Notes under the pieces: model-generated
Databases searched by the model: none
Seen by the model: the letters and a program-made list of their open reading frames with translations, nothing else
What the model was told of the DNA's origin: nothing
Position numbers and translations under genes: made by a program
NCBI GenBank assembly: GCA_951804945.1
Contig: OX638149.1
Coordinates: forward strand, 92,504,001 to 92,568,000
DNA: 64,000 nt
DNA from: Podarcis cretensis
Taxonomy: Eukaryota
Direction of reading: 5' to 3'
In this document: one piece after another, positions 39,101 to 47,898 of the stretch
Layout: every line of letters starts with the position of its first letter
Position numbering within the stretch: position 1 is the first letter of the stretch

Positions 39101-42100
39101 GTTAATGAGCATGTGCCCCTCCGGTTTGGCTCTGGTTTCTTAATACAGTGTGTGTTCCAAAACATTAGCAAGCAGACCTTGTTCCTAGTCAGAGCTTTTG
39201 CAAAATGTTCCAAATTATTTATACTGCAGTTGAAACCACACATCTCTGATTGCACAGGCTTTTCTCCAGTACACTATGTATTCAGTCCTGCTTGTCTGTT
39301 TGAAGCATAATTATTTACCGGTTCTGGTTTTGTGACCCCTGTTTGTGTGTCCTCTGTGCTGCTCCCGGTGGCTATTAATCTACCTAGATTCTCCCTAGAG
39401 AGATGCTGCTAATTAATGCACCTCTGTCACTTTGTAGCAGGAGGTGGTGAAGCTGACAGAGAAATGTCTCAACAATGCCATTGAGAGCCCAGTGAGTGCC
39501 TCTGTACGGCTGCCTCCAGACATCAAGAGCAACATTCTGAAGGCCCAGGCCGAGGCAGTGAACAAGGTAAGTGCTGTAATCCAAGTATTTGCCTTTGTGA
39601 TCAGTAAATGCACATTTCTGCAGTATTTTCTTTGAGTGACTTAGATCTTGCTAATATTCCTTGTGCCTGGTATGCAGATATTTTTTGTGGCTCCAGTTTT
39701 TGGAAACCTAAGAAAATCCTGAGGGTGAAACTAATCTCTGTCATCTTGCGCCCTCCCACTTTCTGTCTGTGGCTCTCATAGAATATTGAAGAGTAAAGCT
39801 TTCCATTGTAGATGGCGTGCAGACTTTTTCTTAGCAAGTGGTGGCTTTTTTTATTTAGCATGAGAAAACCATACTTTGGCCCCTCACACCTTTCCACATG
39901 GTAGTGTAGTATTTTTCTTCTTTGCTGCTCCCCCATTATAAGTCACAGATGATGCCACATAAAAAGTTGCTGCATTCTCTAATTCTCATTTCCAAAGCTG
40001 TCATTTTAATATTACTCAGGAAATTATATTTAACAGGCGCATTGTAGGATTCAGAGCCCAACTTGACTTTCAGATCACAAGTGATTGAATACGAATAAGT
40101 ACTTGGGGTCATAACTTGATGTGCTCATGCTATACAGAAGCATCAAAGTGAGATATCTCTGAATGCTAATCAGGCTACAAGATACAGTATGGTTTTCTAT
40201 CTCAGTATCCGTTCTGTGCAGCCTGGCTCCCTTCTGGTTTTGAAAGTGTAATAGTAATACTTTTGTTATTCAGGGCATTTGGAGATAGCTATGGGGAGTG
40301 AGTGATTTGTATCTGCCTGTTTTTGATGCAACTATTTTGACCTTGCTGTGTGGTTGGTGTTTTGTTTTTGTTTTGTTTTTTGTCTTTCTTACTTTTATTG
40401 CGGAGCTTAGTATTATACTTATTTTGTATTGTAAACCACTTTAGAAACCCTAATAAGATGCAAAGGTGGTGTTTAAATTTTAAAATAAATATGTATTGGG
40501 ATACGTTGCCCATGTAAAATGGGACTGTTTCAGTTCTGATCATTAGAACTATATTCTGTTTCCTTTTCACAGTAAGCATGTAGCCTGTCCTTGACCTGTT
40601 GCAGAGGAATGGCCTTGCTTTTTATAAAATCATAAATCTCTGCAAAATTCTCAGTTTCTGAAGTGTTCTGTTATGTCTATTTTCTTTGAGGTCATGAGGG
40701 AGGACAGCATGTCCGGCAATAAGAACACCAACCTTCAAGATGCTGCTGGCAGGTATAGGCACTGAGGGTGAATTGTGCTGAGGGATTCAGGTATAACTAC
40801 GCTCATGGCAGTGTGGGCAGTTTGCTTCAGTTACTCTGTGAATCAAGAAGCCACATGGGAAAAGTTCCCATAAAATTTGAATTAGCTGGTAGTTTAGAAA
40901 GACTACTATTTCTGTTGTTATCATGAATGCTTAATTTACAAGTAGGCTTGACTGCTTGTCCCTTGAATTTATGAACCCAATGAAAGTGCTTAGCCCTTTA
41001 AAGAGAGAGAGAGAGATTACTTTTCCTCATTACTAGATTGGGAACCTGAGAGATGGAGGATATCACCACCTGGCCTGCAGATCAAATGCAAGTATATGGA
41101 GGGTAGAGGAATTCCCATGGCTTAGTGTCACTTCTTGGCCGCCCTTCTGAGAGAGGCAGAAAAGGAATTAGTTTCAGTGCACTGGTGTGTGATGTAAATG
41201 CCATGGGAAGTCCTGGCACCAGCAACTCTTGGCTTCCCGCAGGCTAAGGATTTGCAAAGATTTCTGTCTGCTAAATTGGTACTAGATTGGGTGCATAAGA
41301 TCATAAGGTGGAAAGAGAGGTGGAATTCTGCAATTCTCTAATCTTGTACAGCTCCAGTGTAGAATTCAGTATCCTGAGAATGTTCGCTTTAGTTTTAAAA
41401 TACTCTGTTTCTATCCACTCAGGCTGTGGGGATCTGTTTGAATGCATGTGGGCAATTATATGAGTGTGGCATTTTTATTCCACCTTGCATAGAAAACGGT
41501 CTTATACCAAAACACAGTGTTTTCCTGTGTAGCCTAGTATTACCTATTGTGATTTAACAGCAGCTGCCGAGGGTCTCAGGCTGAGATACCTCCCCTGCTA
41601 TTGGATTCTTCTAGCTGGAGATGTCAGGAATTCAACCAGAAATCACCTCTATGTGCTCCCACCACTGAGCTGTAATTTCTCTAAGATGTTCAGGGCGGTG
41701 CTACCTTTATTGTCAGAACAATCCTCTGAGGCAGGCTAGGCCAAGCAGGTGTGACTGGCCCAGGGCCACACAGGAAGCTTCGTCACTAAGAGGAGATGTG
41801 AGCTTGGTTTTCCCTGGTCATAATTGAATACTGCTCAACTCTGCTATACATATAGCTCTCTCGAATGTGTAATCTTTCCCTCTGTTGTCTAGCAGAAGCA
41901 TAAAAAATTACACAAAATAAATTTGTTCCTGGTATATTTATATACAGTCAACATTATTTCATTTGCTCATACTTACTTCTCCCAGCTTCTAGCAGAATTA
42001 TGCTTTATTGAAGCATGGTTGAAAATAGCCTAAAGCAGTGTTTCCCAAATATGGGTCTCCAGCTGCTTTTAGACTACAACTCCCATCATCCCTGACCACT

Positions 42101-45100
42101 GGTCCTGCCTAGCTAGGAATGTTGGGAGTTGTAGTCCCAACAACAGCTGGAGACCCAAGTTTGAGAAGCACTGGCCTGCACCTTGGCTTTTTATTGCTAA
42201 TGCAAAGGTATGTTCACTGGAGAATAGTGGCAAAGGTGGTATGATTTATATATATGAGATCTTAGAATTCCTGTGACATGCTCATAGTCAAACTTTTGGG
42301 TCTGGTTTGTTCAGGAGCATTCTTCTGTCTGGAAAAGTTCAGAACAGCCCTCTGAGAGCCCACAGCCCCGTGTTCCAGGAGTCGAGAGAGAGGCTGAAAG
42401 TGATTCCTATCTCCAATGCCTTCATTCCGTAAGTCCTCTGGGAAGGGAGTATTCTTAAGGCAGGGAAACAGCAGGAAGATTGCATAGAGATTAAGTCTAG
42501 GAAAGAATAAAACAGCTCAGCATTTGAGTGGCTCACTCAGTTAATCCTAGCAATTTCTAGCCAGGTTAGTCATTTTGCTTGTCTGCCAGAAACCCAGGAA
42601 CAATTAGTATGGTTTATTTATTCACAGTCTAAACAATCAATACCAGAGGAACAGAACTCAACCTCTTAGTGGAGTGCTTCCTCTGGGACACTGTTGCGGT
42701 CCATCCAGCCCCATAACAGTGTTACCATCCTATTTATAACACAAAATCAATACGAGAAATAATTTTTAAAGGCATTATAAATTCAGTTTTGCATTTCTTC
42801 ACAGCCTTTTCACTTGTGGCACCCAGAATTTGGAGCAACCTTCCATCACTGTATGCTTTAAGAAAAACAATGAAAATAGTTTTATTTCTGTGAGTTTTTT
42901 CTGGGAAATTGTTCTTTTTCATGGATTCCACCACATCTACTGCTCTGAAATTTGATTGTAGCTACTCCTGGATTTTTGTTTATTAGCCACCTTTATGCAG
43001 AAAAGTGGATAAAAAGCCTTAGGAATAAAATAAAATCTTAAACTCCCTCAGCTTTCTGAAGAGGACCAGTATTGTTTCAGCTGTAGCCCTGCACTACTTA
43101 GTAAAGGGCAATATCTAAAGATAAAAGATTGTGCTGGTGTGCTTCAGGGCATATTAGAATTGCTTCATTCTAGCTGCATCATTGCTTACTTCCATGGAAA
43201 CCAATATGCTAATGAAGAGTCTTCGTATCTTTACTAATTGAGTTCTCTCATACATTCACTGAATACTCTTCTCATGGCTTATGGTTGGAATTATAACCAA
43301 CTCTGCTGTGCCCCTAATTTGCTCATTTTTTTTTGTTTTGTTTCTAAACCATTAGTCCTTTATTTAATAACATGGTCCTTGCTGAGTTTGTAAAAGGCAA
43401 AGGGTTCCTCTCTGTCCTCCCCTTCCTCCTGCCTTTTTACTGAGTGATACAAATTTTTACACCCTGTAAACCCAAAGAACGGTCACATCTGAGGTTTCAC
43501 TGCTGGGAGGAAAAGAATCATTTGCGCATAAGAAGGAATGAAATGATTGAATGCGAGAGAATGTAAAAATACAGTATCAGTTAAGACAGTTGTATGAAAC
43601 CACGGTGATTATCAGTCTTTTCATGACTTCATATGTTAAATAGATCTCTGAAAGCATTGTTGCCATATAGATTGTCCTTTTTGCATGTGCCTGAGAGTGG
43701 ACAGAGCTTTTGGCATCCACTTATCTGGCCATTACTTGGATTCCTGTAAAGGAGTGTGTGCTGAATACTCTGGAATAATGTCTTTTTGCAGCCATCTGTC
43801 CACAGCACAATACATTTTAGGGGGCTTGCCTGAGGCAGCAGGTGCTAAGATTCTGTCGTTCACATGACAAAAGACTTCAAAGGCACCCTTTGCTCCCAGG
43901 CAATAATCTTTTCTTTGCCATGAGGCACAGTGATCATTTGTCATGTCTTCAGATTGTTTGTGAAGAGCAACACTGGTTATTTTGCACATGCTGTGCATGA
44001 TGGTGGACGTGTTTTCATCTTGCAGGAATGAATTAAATGAGGATAATGCTGCCTCTAGCCCTGAGGATTCTTTGAGTCCTCCTAATCTGGCTCCTACAGA
44101 GGAGGCTGCTATTGTAAAGGTATGTTGTATCATTGTGGGGACTAGTGGGTTTTCCTGCGTGAGTCAGTTACAATTGCAGCACAGAAGAGTAGGGGCTGCA
44201 TACAAAACACTTGGTTGTGCATTGAAACATGCAGCAACATTCCTTTTCTAACTGCAGCGTTTCTTGATTCACCCAGAGACTTTGGCTTTGTTCAAGTATA
44301 CCATTAAGCCATAGCTAAACATTACTGTGTGTATGAACTGTATGCACTCCCCTTCTCGTCTCTCTCTTATTCAGGGAAAGCCACAAGAAGATTGGGTGCA
44401 TCTACTTCTGTTTCTAGCTAACTGCAGTTTATTATGTATGAACTCTGGGACAAACCATGGTTCGTGTTATCTATGGTTTATTGAAACAAGTCAACTACAG
44501 ATTGTAGCAATTTTGACTTACTTGTTTCAGTAAACCACAGTGCTAATCATCGAACTTCCAATCTCCTCCTCTTGGCTGTGTCAAGGGAAGAGGGTTCAAG
44601 CCCAAGGCTCATGCAAGAAACTCATAAGAACATAAGAAGAGCCTGCTGGATCAGACCAAAGTCCCATCTGGTCCAGCATTCTGTTCTTACAGTGGCCACC
44701 CATATGTGTATCAGCAGCCCTCAAGCAGGAACGGAGCACAACAGCACTCTCTACACTTGCAATCCCCAGCAAAGAGAGGCATATTGTATTCTGACAGTGG
44801 AGGTGAAAACAATAGCTATTGTGGCTATTAACCATTGGTACCTTTATCCTCCACTGATTTACCAAAACGTTTTAAGCCATCCAAGTTGGTGGCCATCTCT
44901 TCCTCTTGTGGGAGCAGATTCCATAGTTTAGCTGTGCACTGCGTGATGTTTAAAATTTTGGACAAACTAGGATTTTGAAAGCCTTCCATAAAAGTCACTA
45001 TTCTCTCAAACTGAAGAGCTTGTGTATAGGAAACCTTCTTTACATGTGGTTTGAGCTCCCCATTGCATGCAGTTTAGGGTAGCAACAGTGGGATTCTTTG

Positions 45101-47898
45101 CTACTGTATTTTATTGTTTCAATGGCTTGATGAAAAGTGTATTCTTGTATACCAAACCAACATATAAGAGGAAAAGATTCACAAACTTCATCCTCACAAC
45201 TTGCAGCTTTTTCAAAAGTGGGTGAGATAGTAGGGGGGAAAACCAGCAGTTCCACCCGGTGACAGATTGTAATTTAATTAACTTGTGTTTTGCAGAACTC
45301 TCCAGAGGACTTAGAGATTTTGTTAACATCACAGGCAGAGAATCTAATTGACTTTACAGAAGCCATGCCTCGGGTAAGAGTGGAAATTAAATGGAACTCA
45401 ATGATTTCATTGTGCTGTTGATAATTTTAGAAGGAAAACATGATTGATTTATGCTTCCATCATTTGCACACAAGGCATCTGTAGTTCCAGTTGATACTTG
45501 TCTAAGCTGGTTTCTCATGTAATAATTCTCTTCTAAGTGAGCCTTTGGGCTAGTTGAGTTACATTAGAATACTGTACTACATGTTCATGCAAGCAAAATT
45601 CTGGACTCGGTGCAAGTCCTGCCTAGGCAGTAATTTTTTTTCTGTCAGCCCATGACCCTCCTTTCTTACTGGTATCTTTAAAACCTTCCTTTGAGCCAAA
45701 CAAGGATCTGACAGAACACAATGTCTACACGTGGTGAATGTTAAGAGAGCTGTTGAGAATTACATTACATGCAAACCAATGGAAGGAATGAGTCCCACTG
45801 CAGCTGGGTGGTTTTGGGATAATTTTCTGATATGAGCTTGCTTCATTGTAAGAAATCTGATACAACTATTCTGTGATTAGTACTTAGAGTAGAACCCACT
45901 CTCCTGATTCTCCATGAGTGAAGAAACAAGCCATGTGTCTGCTCTCTTGGCTTCCCTGGGCTCCTTTGGAGAATAGGGTGCCACCATTCATTCATTTGCT
46001 TTTCCGCCAGGGATTTAAGGCCATGGTTAGTCTCTTCAACCTCAGTGATGTATAGAGAATGTGGCTACCTCTTGGGATAGCCTTTCTTCTAGCCCTAGGC
46101 ATTTTGAGGAGGAGCTACCAGTGACACTGCCTGTGCTGCTGTTCAGCTATGTGATCTCTTTGATGTAATGAGGTGATATAAGAGAGGAGAGAGCAGTGGA
46201 GAGCCTTAGGAGAGCAATAGACAAACACTTCCTATGTCTTTCTGTGTTTCTAAGATCGTTTTTGCTTCTGGGTTTTAGGTGTCTTCACCACCAACAGTTT
46301 TGCCCAGGTGGTTGGTGCCAGTAAGTATATTCACTAATTCTTAAAAGTGATATATATGCTTTTATTTTTAAGCATTCATTCAGGTGATTGTTTAAAAATA
46401 ACTCACGTCTAACCAATAGTAACAGTAACTGAACAGTATATTTTAACCTGAATCGTGGAAGTCCCTTTTAAAAAAAGAAAAGGCTTTACTATAGTTCTGT
46501 GCAATAAATTTCTCAAAACCCATCACTTATATTGCATTGCACTGAAGAGTAAAAACTGCTTTTGCCATTCTCGTTTCATCAGTGTTTCCTTTTAGTGTGA
46601 CAGTTATGGTGCCCTGGGAGCCTAGCTCTACTCCAAAGCAGCTGTGCTTTCTCTATATTCAGGGTTTTCCTTCTAAAGTAGACGCTAGGGCAGTGGCAGG
46701 CAAGAGACAGTGACATTTCATCATCATGAGAGGACAACATCTGATGATGTGGGCAGCTCCTCTTACTCATCTTCACGATGCTGTCTTCTTCAGTGACCAG
46801 AAATAACCCTTCCTGGCAAGTTCAGTATTTCCTTCCCTTGCCCTCCACCCTTGCAAATCGCCTCCATGACTTTTGTCATCCAGAGTTTGGAAATAAGCCC
46901 AGCTGGGAAAACCAAAACAAGGTTGGGGCACTTAGCCTTCTTCCAACCCATCGGTCCACCTCTGTAAGCATCTCCCTGTAACTGCAGTATCTTGGCAAAC
47001 ACATTTTTGGGACCATGTACTTGAGGGAATACATGGACCAGGTTGCTTTGTGTGACCTTACTGACCTTCCTTTGGTTTTTGTTCTGTAGAGCGGACTGGT
47101 TTCCAATGGGCCTTTAGGGAATGATGTTGCCTTAGCTCTTAAGGCAGTGAAAGGCAGCACTGAGGCACTGACCATCTCTGCTGGCTCCCCACCTCCACTT
47201 TACTCACCCGAAATCATGCCCAGGTAAGTCTTTCTCCTTGCTCCTACATTGGGTTAAGGGAATGCTATGCTACTTGAATTCTAATTTGAATTCTATTTTA
47301 TTCCATGTGGGGGGGGGGGTTACTAGTCCAGTTCTCCTATTAAGCACTGGGAAGCACAATAATATTTTGCAATTCACTATTCTTTTACCAAGCGACTTTT
47401 ACCAGTGGCTTTCTGTCAGTCTTTGGGGCTCAAATTTGTCAGTCTATGTAACTGCTGCTGCATTTCAAAGAAATGCATGTACTACTGGGGCATTTTGTCA
47501 GAAGTGAGCATTGTAGGCATTCCGCTTATCAGCATATGCACTTCACTGCAGATACTAGTAAAGTTTTATCATTGTTGGCTGTATGTAGCAAAGATGATTC
47601 TACTAATAGCGGACAGTTCTTAATTTGATCGTTACAATATTTACCCTTGGTGTTTCCCATGTAAAATAACACTGCATTGGCTCTGATAGATATGAATTAC
47701 CTTACCTCGTTTGGAATTGTTTGCTCTCCCATCAGGTTATTGAATTGATTGGCTGAGTTCATTCAGTTGCAGGACCCCTCTTCTGAGTAGGACCCTCCCC
47801 TTAAATCTCCCACACAGATTATGTGTTGCTTTCATTTCAGCCCTGCTGCAGAAGATGTTACAACAAGGCCGAAATGTTTACTTACCACTGAACTCTGA
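1..47898 (+). CDS. EPB41L5: EPB41L5 (band 4.1-like protein 5; FERM + FERM-adjacent domain), multi-exon, 5'-partial; span of long isoform
   Basis: 24 exons join with GT-AG boundaries and consistent phase into 2160 nt (719 aa + stop): [25 protein letters not shown]...KCLLTTEL*, recognisable as vertebrate EPB41L5. The short isoform gives 1488 nt. Confidence 0.97.
290..449 (+). mobile_element. Degenerate L2-type LINE fragment
   Basis: Decayed LDYCN...VGMPL...QLVQN..ARLL-like RT C-terminal coding remnant. Confidence 0.45.
450..691 (+). mobile_element. Tc1/mariner (Tigger-like) MITE, family A copy 1
   Basis: TIRs CAGTGGTACCTC(G/A)GGTTA, TA on both sides; near-identical copies at 1852, 57513 and 58905. 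Confidence 0.88.
1452..1766. mobile_element. Chimeric DNA-transposon remnant: Tc2-like left end fused to an inverted family-A MITE end
   Basis: TA|CCGTATTTTTCGCTCTATAAGACGCAC at left; ~1725-1766 is the reverse complement of the family A terminus. Confidence 0.65.
1852..2100 (+). mobile_element. Tc1/mariner MITE, family A copy 2
   Basis: Same TIRs, TA TSD. Confidence 0.88.
2108..2407. mobile_element. hAT-type MITE
   Basis: TIR CAGGCACGTCCAAC / GTTGGACATGCCTG; 8-bp TSD CTATAGAG/CTATAGAT, with the left copy split by the mariner MITE. Confidence 0.8.
2841..2880. repeat. (TTTC)n microsatellite
   Basis: Direct reading. Confidence 0.9.
4720..4824 (+). CDS. EPB41L5: EPB41L5 exon (FERM N-lobe)
   Basis: tttcag|[35 protein letters not shown]|gtgagt, 105 nt. 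Confidence 0.96.
5435..5660. mobile_element. hAT-type MITE
   Basis: TIR CAGGGGTGGG / CCCACCCCTG; perfect 8-bp TSD CTTTAAGG (5427-5434, 5661-5668). Confidence 0.85.
7153..7224. repeat. (CTTTT)n-like polypyrimidine microsatellite
   Basis: Direct reading. Confidence 0.9.
9451..9493 (+). CDS. EPB41L5: EPB41L5 exon
   Basis: tttcag|[14 protein letters not shown]|gtaagt, 43 nt. Confidence 0.95.
9801..10605 (-). mobile_element. Young GC/CpG-rich insertion; LTR-like or DIRS/Ngaro-like terminal repeat, unclassified
   Basis: Abrupt GC/CpG shift; minus-strand AATAAAGTTGTGGCC about 85 nt before a ...CCACA end; no TSD found; right boundary approximate. Confidence 0.55.
11243..11321 (+). CDS. EPB41L5: EPB41L5 exon
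   Basis: ttgtag|[26 protein letters not shown]|gtacgt, 79 nt. Confidence 0.95.
11401..11768 (+). mobile_element. Sauria SINE, full length, young
   Basis: tRNA-like head (GGTGGCGCTGTGG A box, GGTTCGAATCC B box), (ACCTTT)n tail, 13-bp TSD CTATCACACACAC (11388-11400, 11769-11781). Confidence 0.92.
12611..12655 (+). CDS. EPB41L5: EPB41L5 exon
   Basis: aaatag|[15 protein letters not shown]|gtaagt, 45 nt. Confidence 0.95.
12919..12968. mobile_element. 50-bp miniature hAT element
   Basis: Perfect 14-bp TIR CAGTGGTTCTCAAA; 8-bp TSD ACCTAAAG/GCCTAAAG. Confidence 0.8.
13389..13441 (+). CDS. EPB41L5: EPB41L5 exon
   Basis: ttgcag|[18 protein letters not shown]|gtgagc, 53 nt. Confidence 0.95.
14036..14184. 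other. Assembly gap (149 N), intronic
   Basis: Run of N; the flanking exons join in phase without it. Confidence 0.99.
14583..14848 (+). mobile_element. Older Sauria SINE, 3'-truncated
   Basis: Shares GTGCAAGTAGATAAATAGG and GGAAGGTAAACGGC with the 11401 copy; CpGs decayed. Confidence 0.8.
16099..16219 (+). CDS. EPB41L5: EPB41L5 exon (FERM central lobe)
   Basis: ttccag|[40 protein letters not shown]|gtaaaa, 121 nt. Confidence 0.95.
16744..16831 (+). CDS. EPB41L5: EPB41L5 exon
   Basis: tttcag|[30 protein letters not shown]|gtaagt, 88 nt. Confidence 0.95.
17678..17987. mobile_element. Tc1/mariner (Tigger-like) MITE, family B
   Basis: TIR CAGTGGTGCCCCGCAAGATGAA / TTCGTCTTGCGAGGTACCACTG; TA TSD; internal GCAAGACGAA repeats. 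Confidence 0.85.
18045..18133 (+). CDS. EPB41L5: EPB41L5 exon (FERM C-lobe)
   Basis: tcttag|[29 protein letters not shown]|gtaagc, 89 nt. Confidence 0.95.
18747..18816 (+). CDS. EPB41L5: EPB41L5 exon
   Basis: ttgcag|[24 protein letters not shown]|gtagaa, 70 nt. Confidence 0.95.
20279..20448 (+). CDS. EPB41L5: EPB41L5 exon (end of FERM, start of FA)
   Basis: cctaag|[56 protein letters not shown]|gtcagc, 170 nt. Confidence 0.95.
21628..21734 (+). CDS. EPB41L5: EPB41L5 exon (FA domain)
   Basis: atctag|[36 protein letters not shown]|gtagct, 107 nt. Confidence 0.95.
22601..22628 (+). CDS. EPB41L5: EPB41L5 28-nt small exon
   Basis: ttacag|GNTHKSEET|gtaaga; needed to bridge phase 1 to phase 2. 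Confidence 0.88.
23904..23946 (+). CDS. EPB41L5: EPB41L5 exon
   Basis: tttcag|[15 protein letters not shown]|gtaagt, 43 nt. Confidence 0.9.
24215..24330 (+). CDS. EPB41L5: EPB41L5 last exon common to both isoforms
   Basis: ttcaag|[38 protein letters not shown]+TG|gtgcgt, 116 nt. Confidence 0.92.
26645..26911. mobile_element. Old MITE with GGC-type termini
   Basis: Imperfect TIR GGCCCAGTTCAC / ATGAACTCGGC; related to 29314-29586. Confidence 0.45.
29314..29586. mobile_element. Old MITE with GGC-type termini
   Basis: TIR GGCCATGTTCGCATG / CATGCGAACTGGGCC (13/15 match); internal palindrome TTAAACCATGGTTTAA. Confidence 0.5.
30115..30121 (+). promoter_or_regulatory. Consensus branch point / QKI-SF1 motif TACTAAC upstream of the alternative terminal exon
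   Basis: TACTAAC lies about 30-40 nt upstream of the acceptor AG at 30152-30153. Confidence 0.6.
30154..30340 (+). CDS. EPB41L5: EPB41L5 alternative terminal exon (short isoform), C-terminal class I PDZ-binding motif
   Basis: atccag|[62 protein letters not shown]; resembles the mammalian short-isoform tail (DCCQRGG...DFV...NVKNAG); phase fits the exon ending at 24330. Confidence 0.9.
30789..30794 (+). terminator. Candidate poly(A) signal for the EPB41L5 short isoform
   Basis: First AATAAA after the TAG at 30340; others at 31605 and ~33251. Confidence 0.4.
34959..35131 (+). CDS. EPB41L5: EPB41L5 long-isoform exon
   Basis: atgtag|[21 protein letters not shown]...SDKADPV|gtaagg, 173 nt. Confidence 0.88.
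35512..35600 (+). CDS. EPB41L5: EPB41L5 long-isoform exon
   Basis: gagcag|[30 protein letters not shown]|gtactg, 89 nt. Confidence 0.88.
38826..39052 (-). mobile_element. Older Squam3/MIR-like tRNA-derived SINE
   Basis: GTGACTGGCCCAAGATCACCC core, tRNA-like head at right, (TAAA)n-like tail at left; similar decayed copies near 17040-17160, 19170-19400 and 41680-41860. Confidence 0.7.
39438..39566 (+). CDS. EPB41L5: EPB41L5 long-isoform exon (NAGNAG acceptor; alternative start 39441)
   Basis: ttgtag|(Q)[42 protein letters not shown]|gtaagt. Confidence 0.92.
40691..40752 (+). CDS. EPB41L5: EPB41L5 long-isoform exon (GAG acceptor)
   Basis: tttgag|[20 protein letters not shown]|gtatag, 62 nt. 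Confidence 0.85.
42036..42173. mobile_element. Palindromic hAT-type MITE
   Basis: Whole element folds back: GGGTCTCCAGCTG..GACTACAACTCCCA / TGGGAGTTGTAGTC..CAGCTGGAGACCC; decayed relatives near 25708, 33470, 50617 and 55140. Confidence 0.8.
44026..44119 (+). CDS. EPB41L5: EPB41L5 long-isoform exon
   Basis: ttgcag|[32 protein letters not shown]|gtatgt, 94 nt. Confidence 0.87.
44623..44946 (-). mobile_element. CR1 LINE 3' fragment
   Basis: Terminal octamer repeat CATAAGAACATAAGAA followed by a typical CR1 3' UTR (GCCTGCTGGATCAGACCA..CCCATCT.GTCCAGC). Confidence 0.75.
45296..45373 (+). CDS. EPB41L5: EPB41L5 long-isoform exon
   Basis: ttgcag|[26 protein letters not shown]|gtaaga, 78 nt; ENLIDF motif. 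Confidence 0.88.
46279..46320 (+). CDS. EPB41L5: EPB41L5 long-isoform exon
   Basis: ttttag|[14 protein letters not shown]|gtaagt, 42 nt. Confidence 0.9.
47090..47223 (+). CDS. EPB41L5: EPB41L5 long-isoform penultimate exon
   Basis: ctgtag|[44 protein letters not shown]|gtaagt, 134 nt. Confidence 0.88.
47841..47898 (+). CDS. EPB41L5: EPB41L5 long-isoform terminal coding exon, PDZ-binding -TTEL
   Basis: tttcag|[19 protein letters not shown](TGA). Confidence 0.93.
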
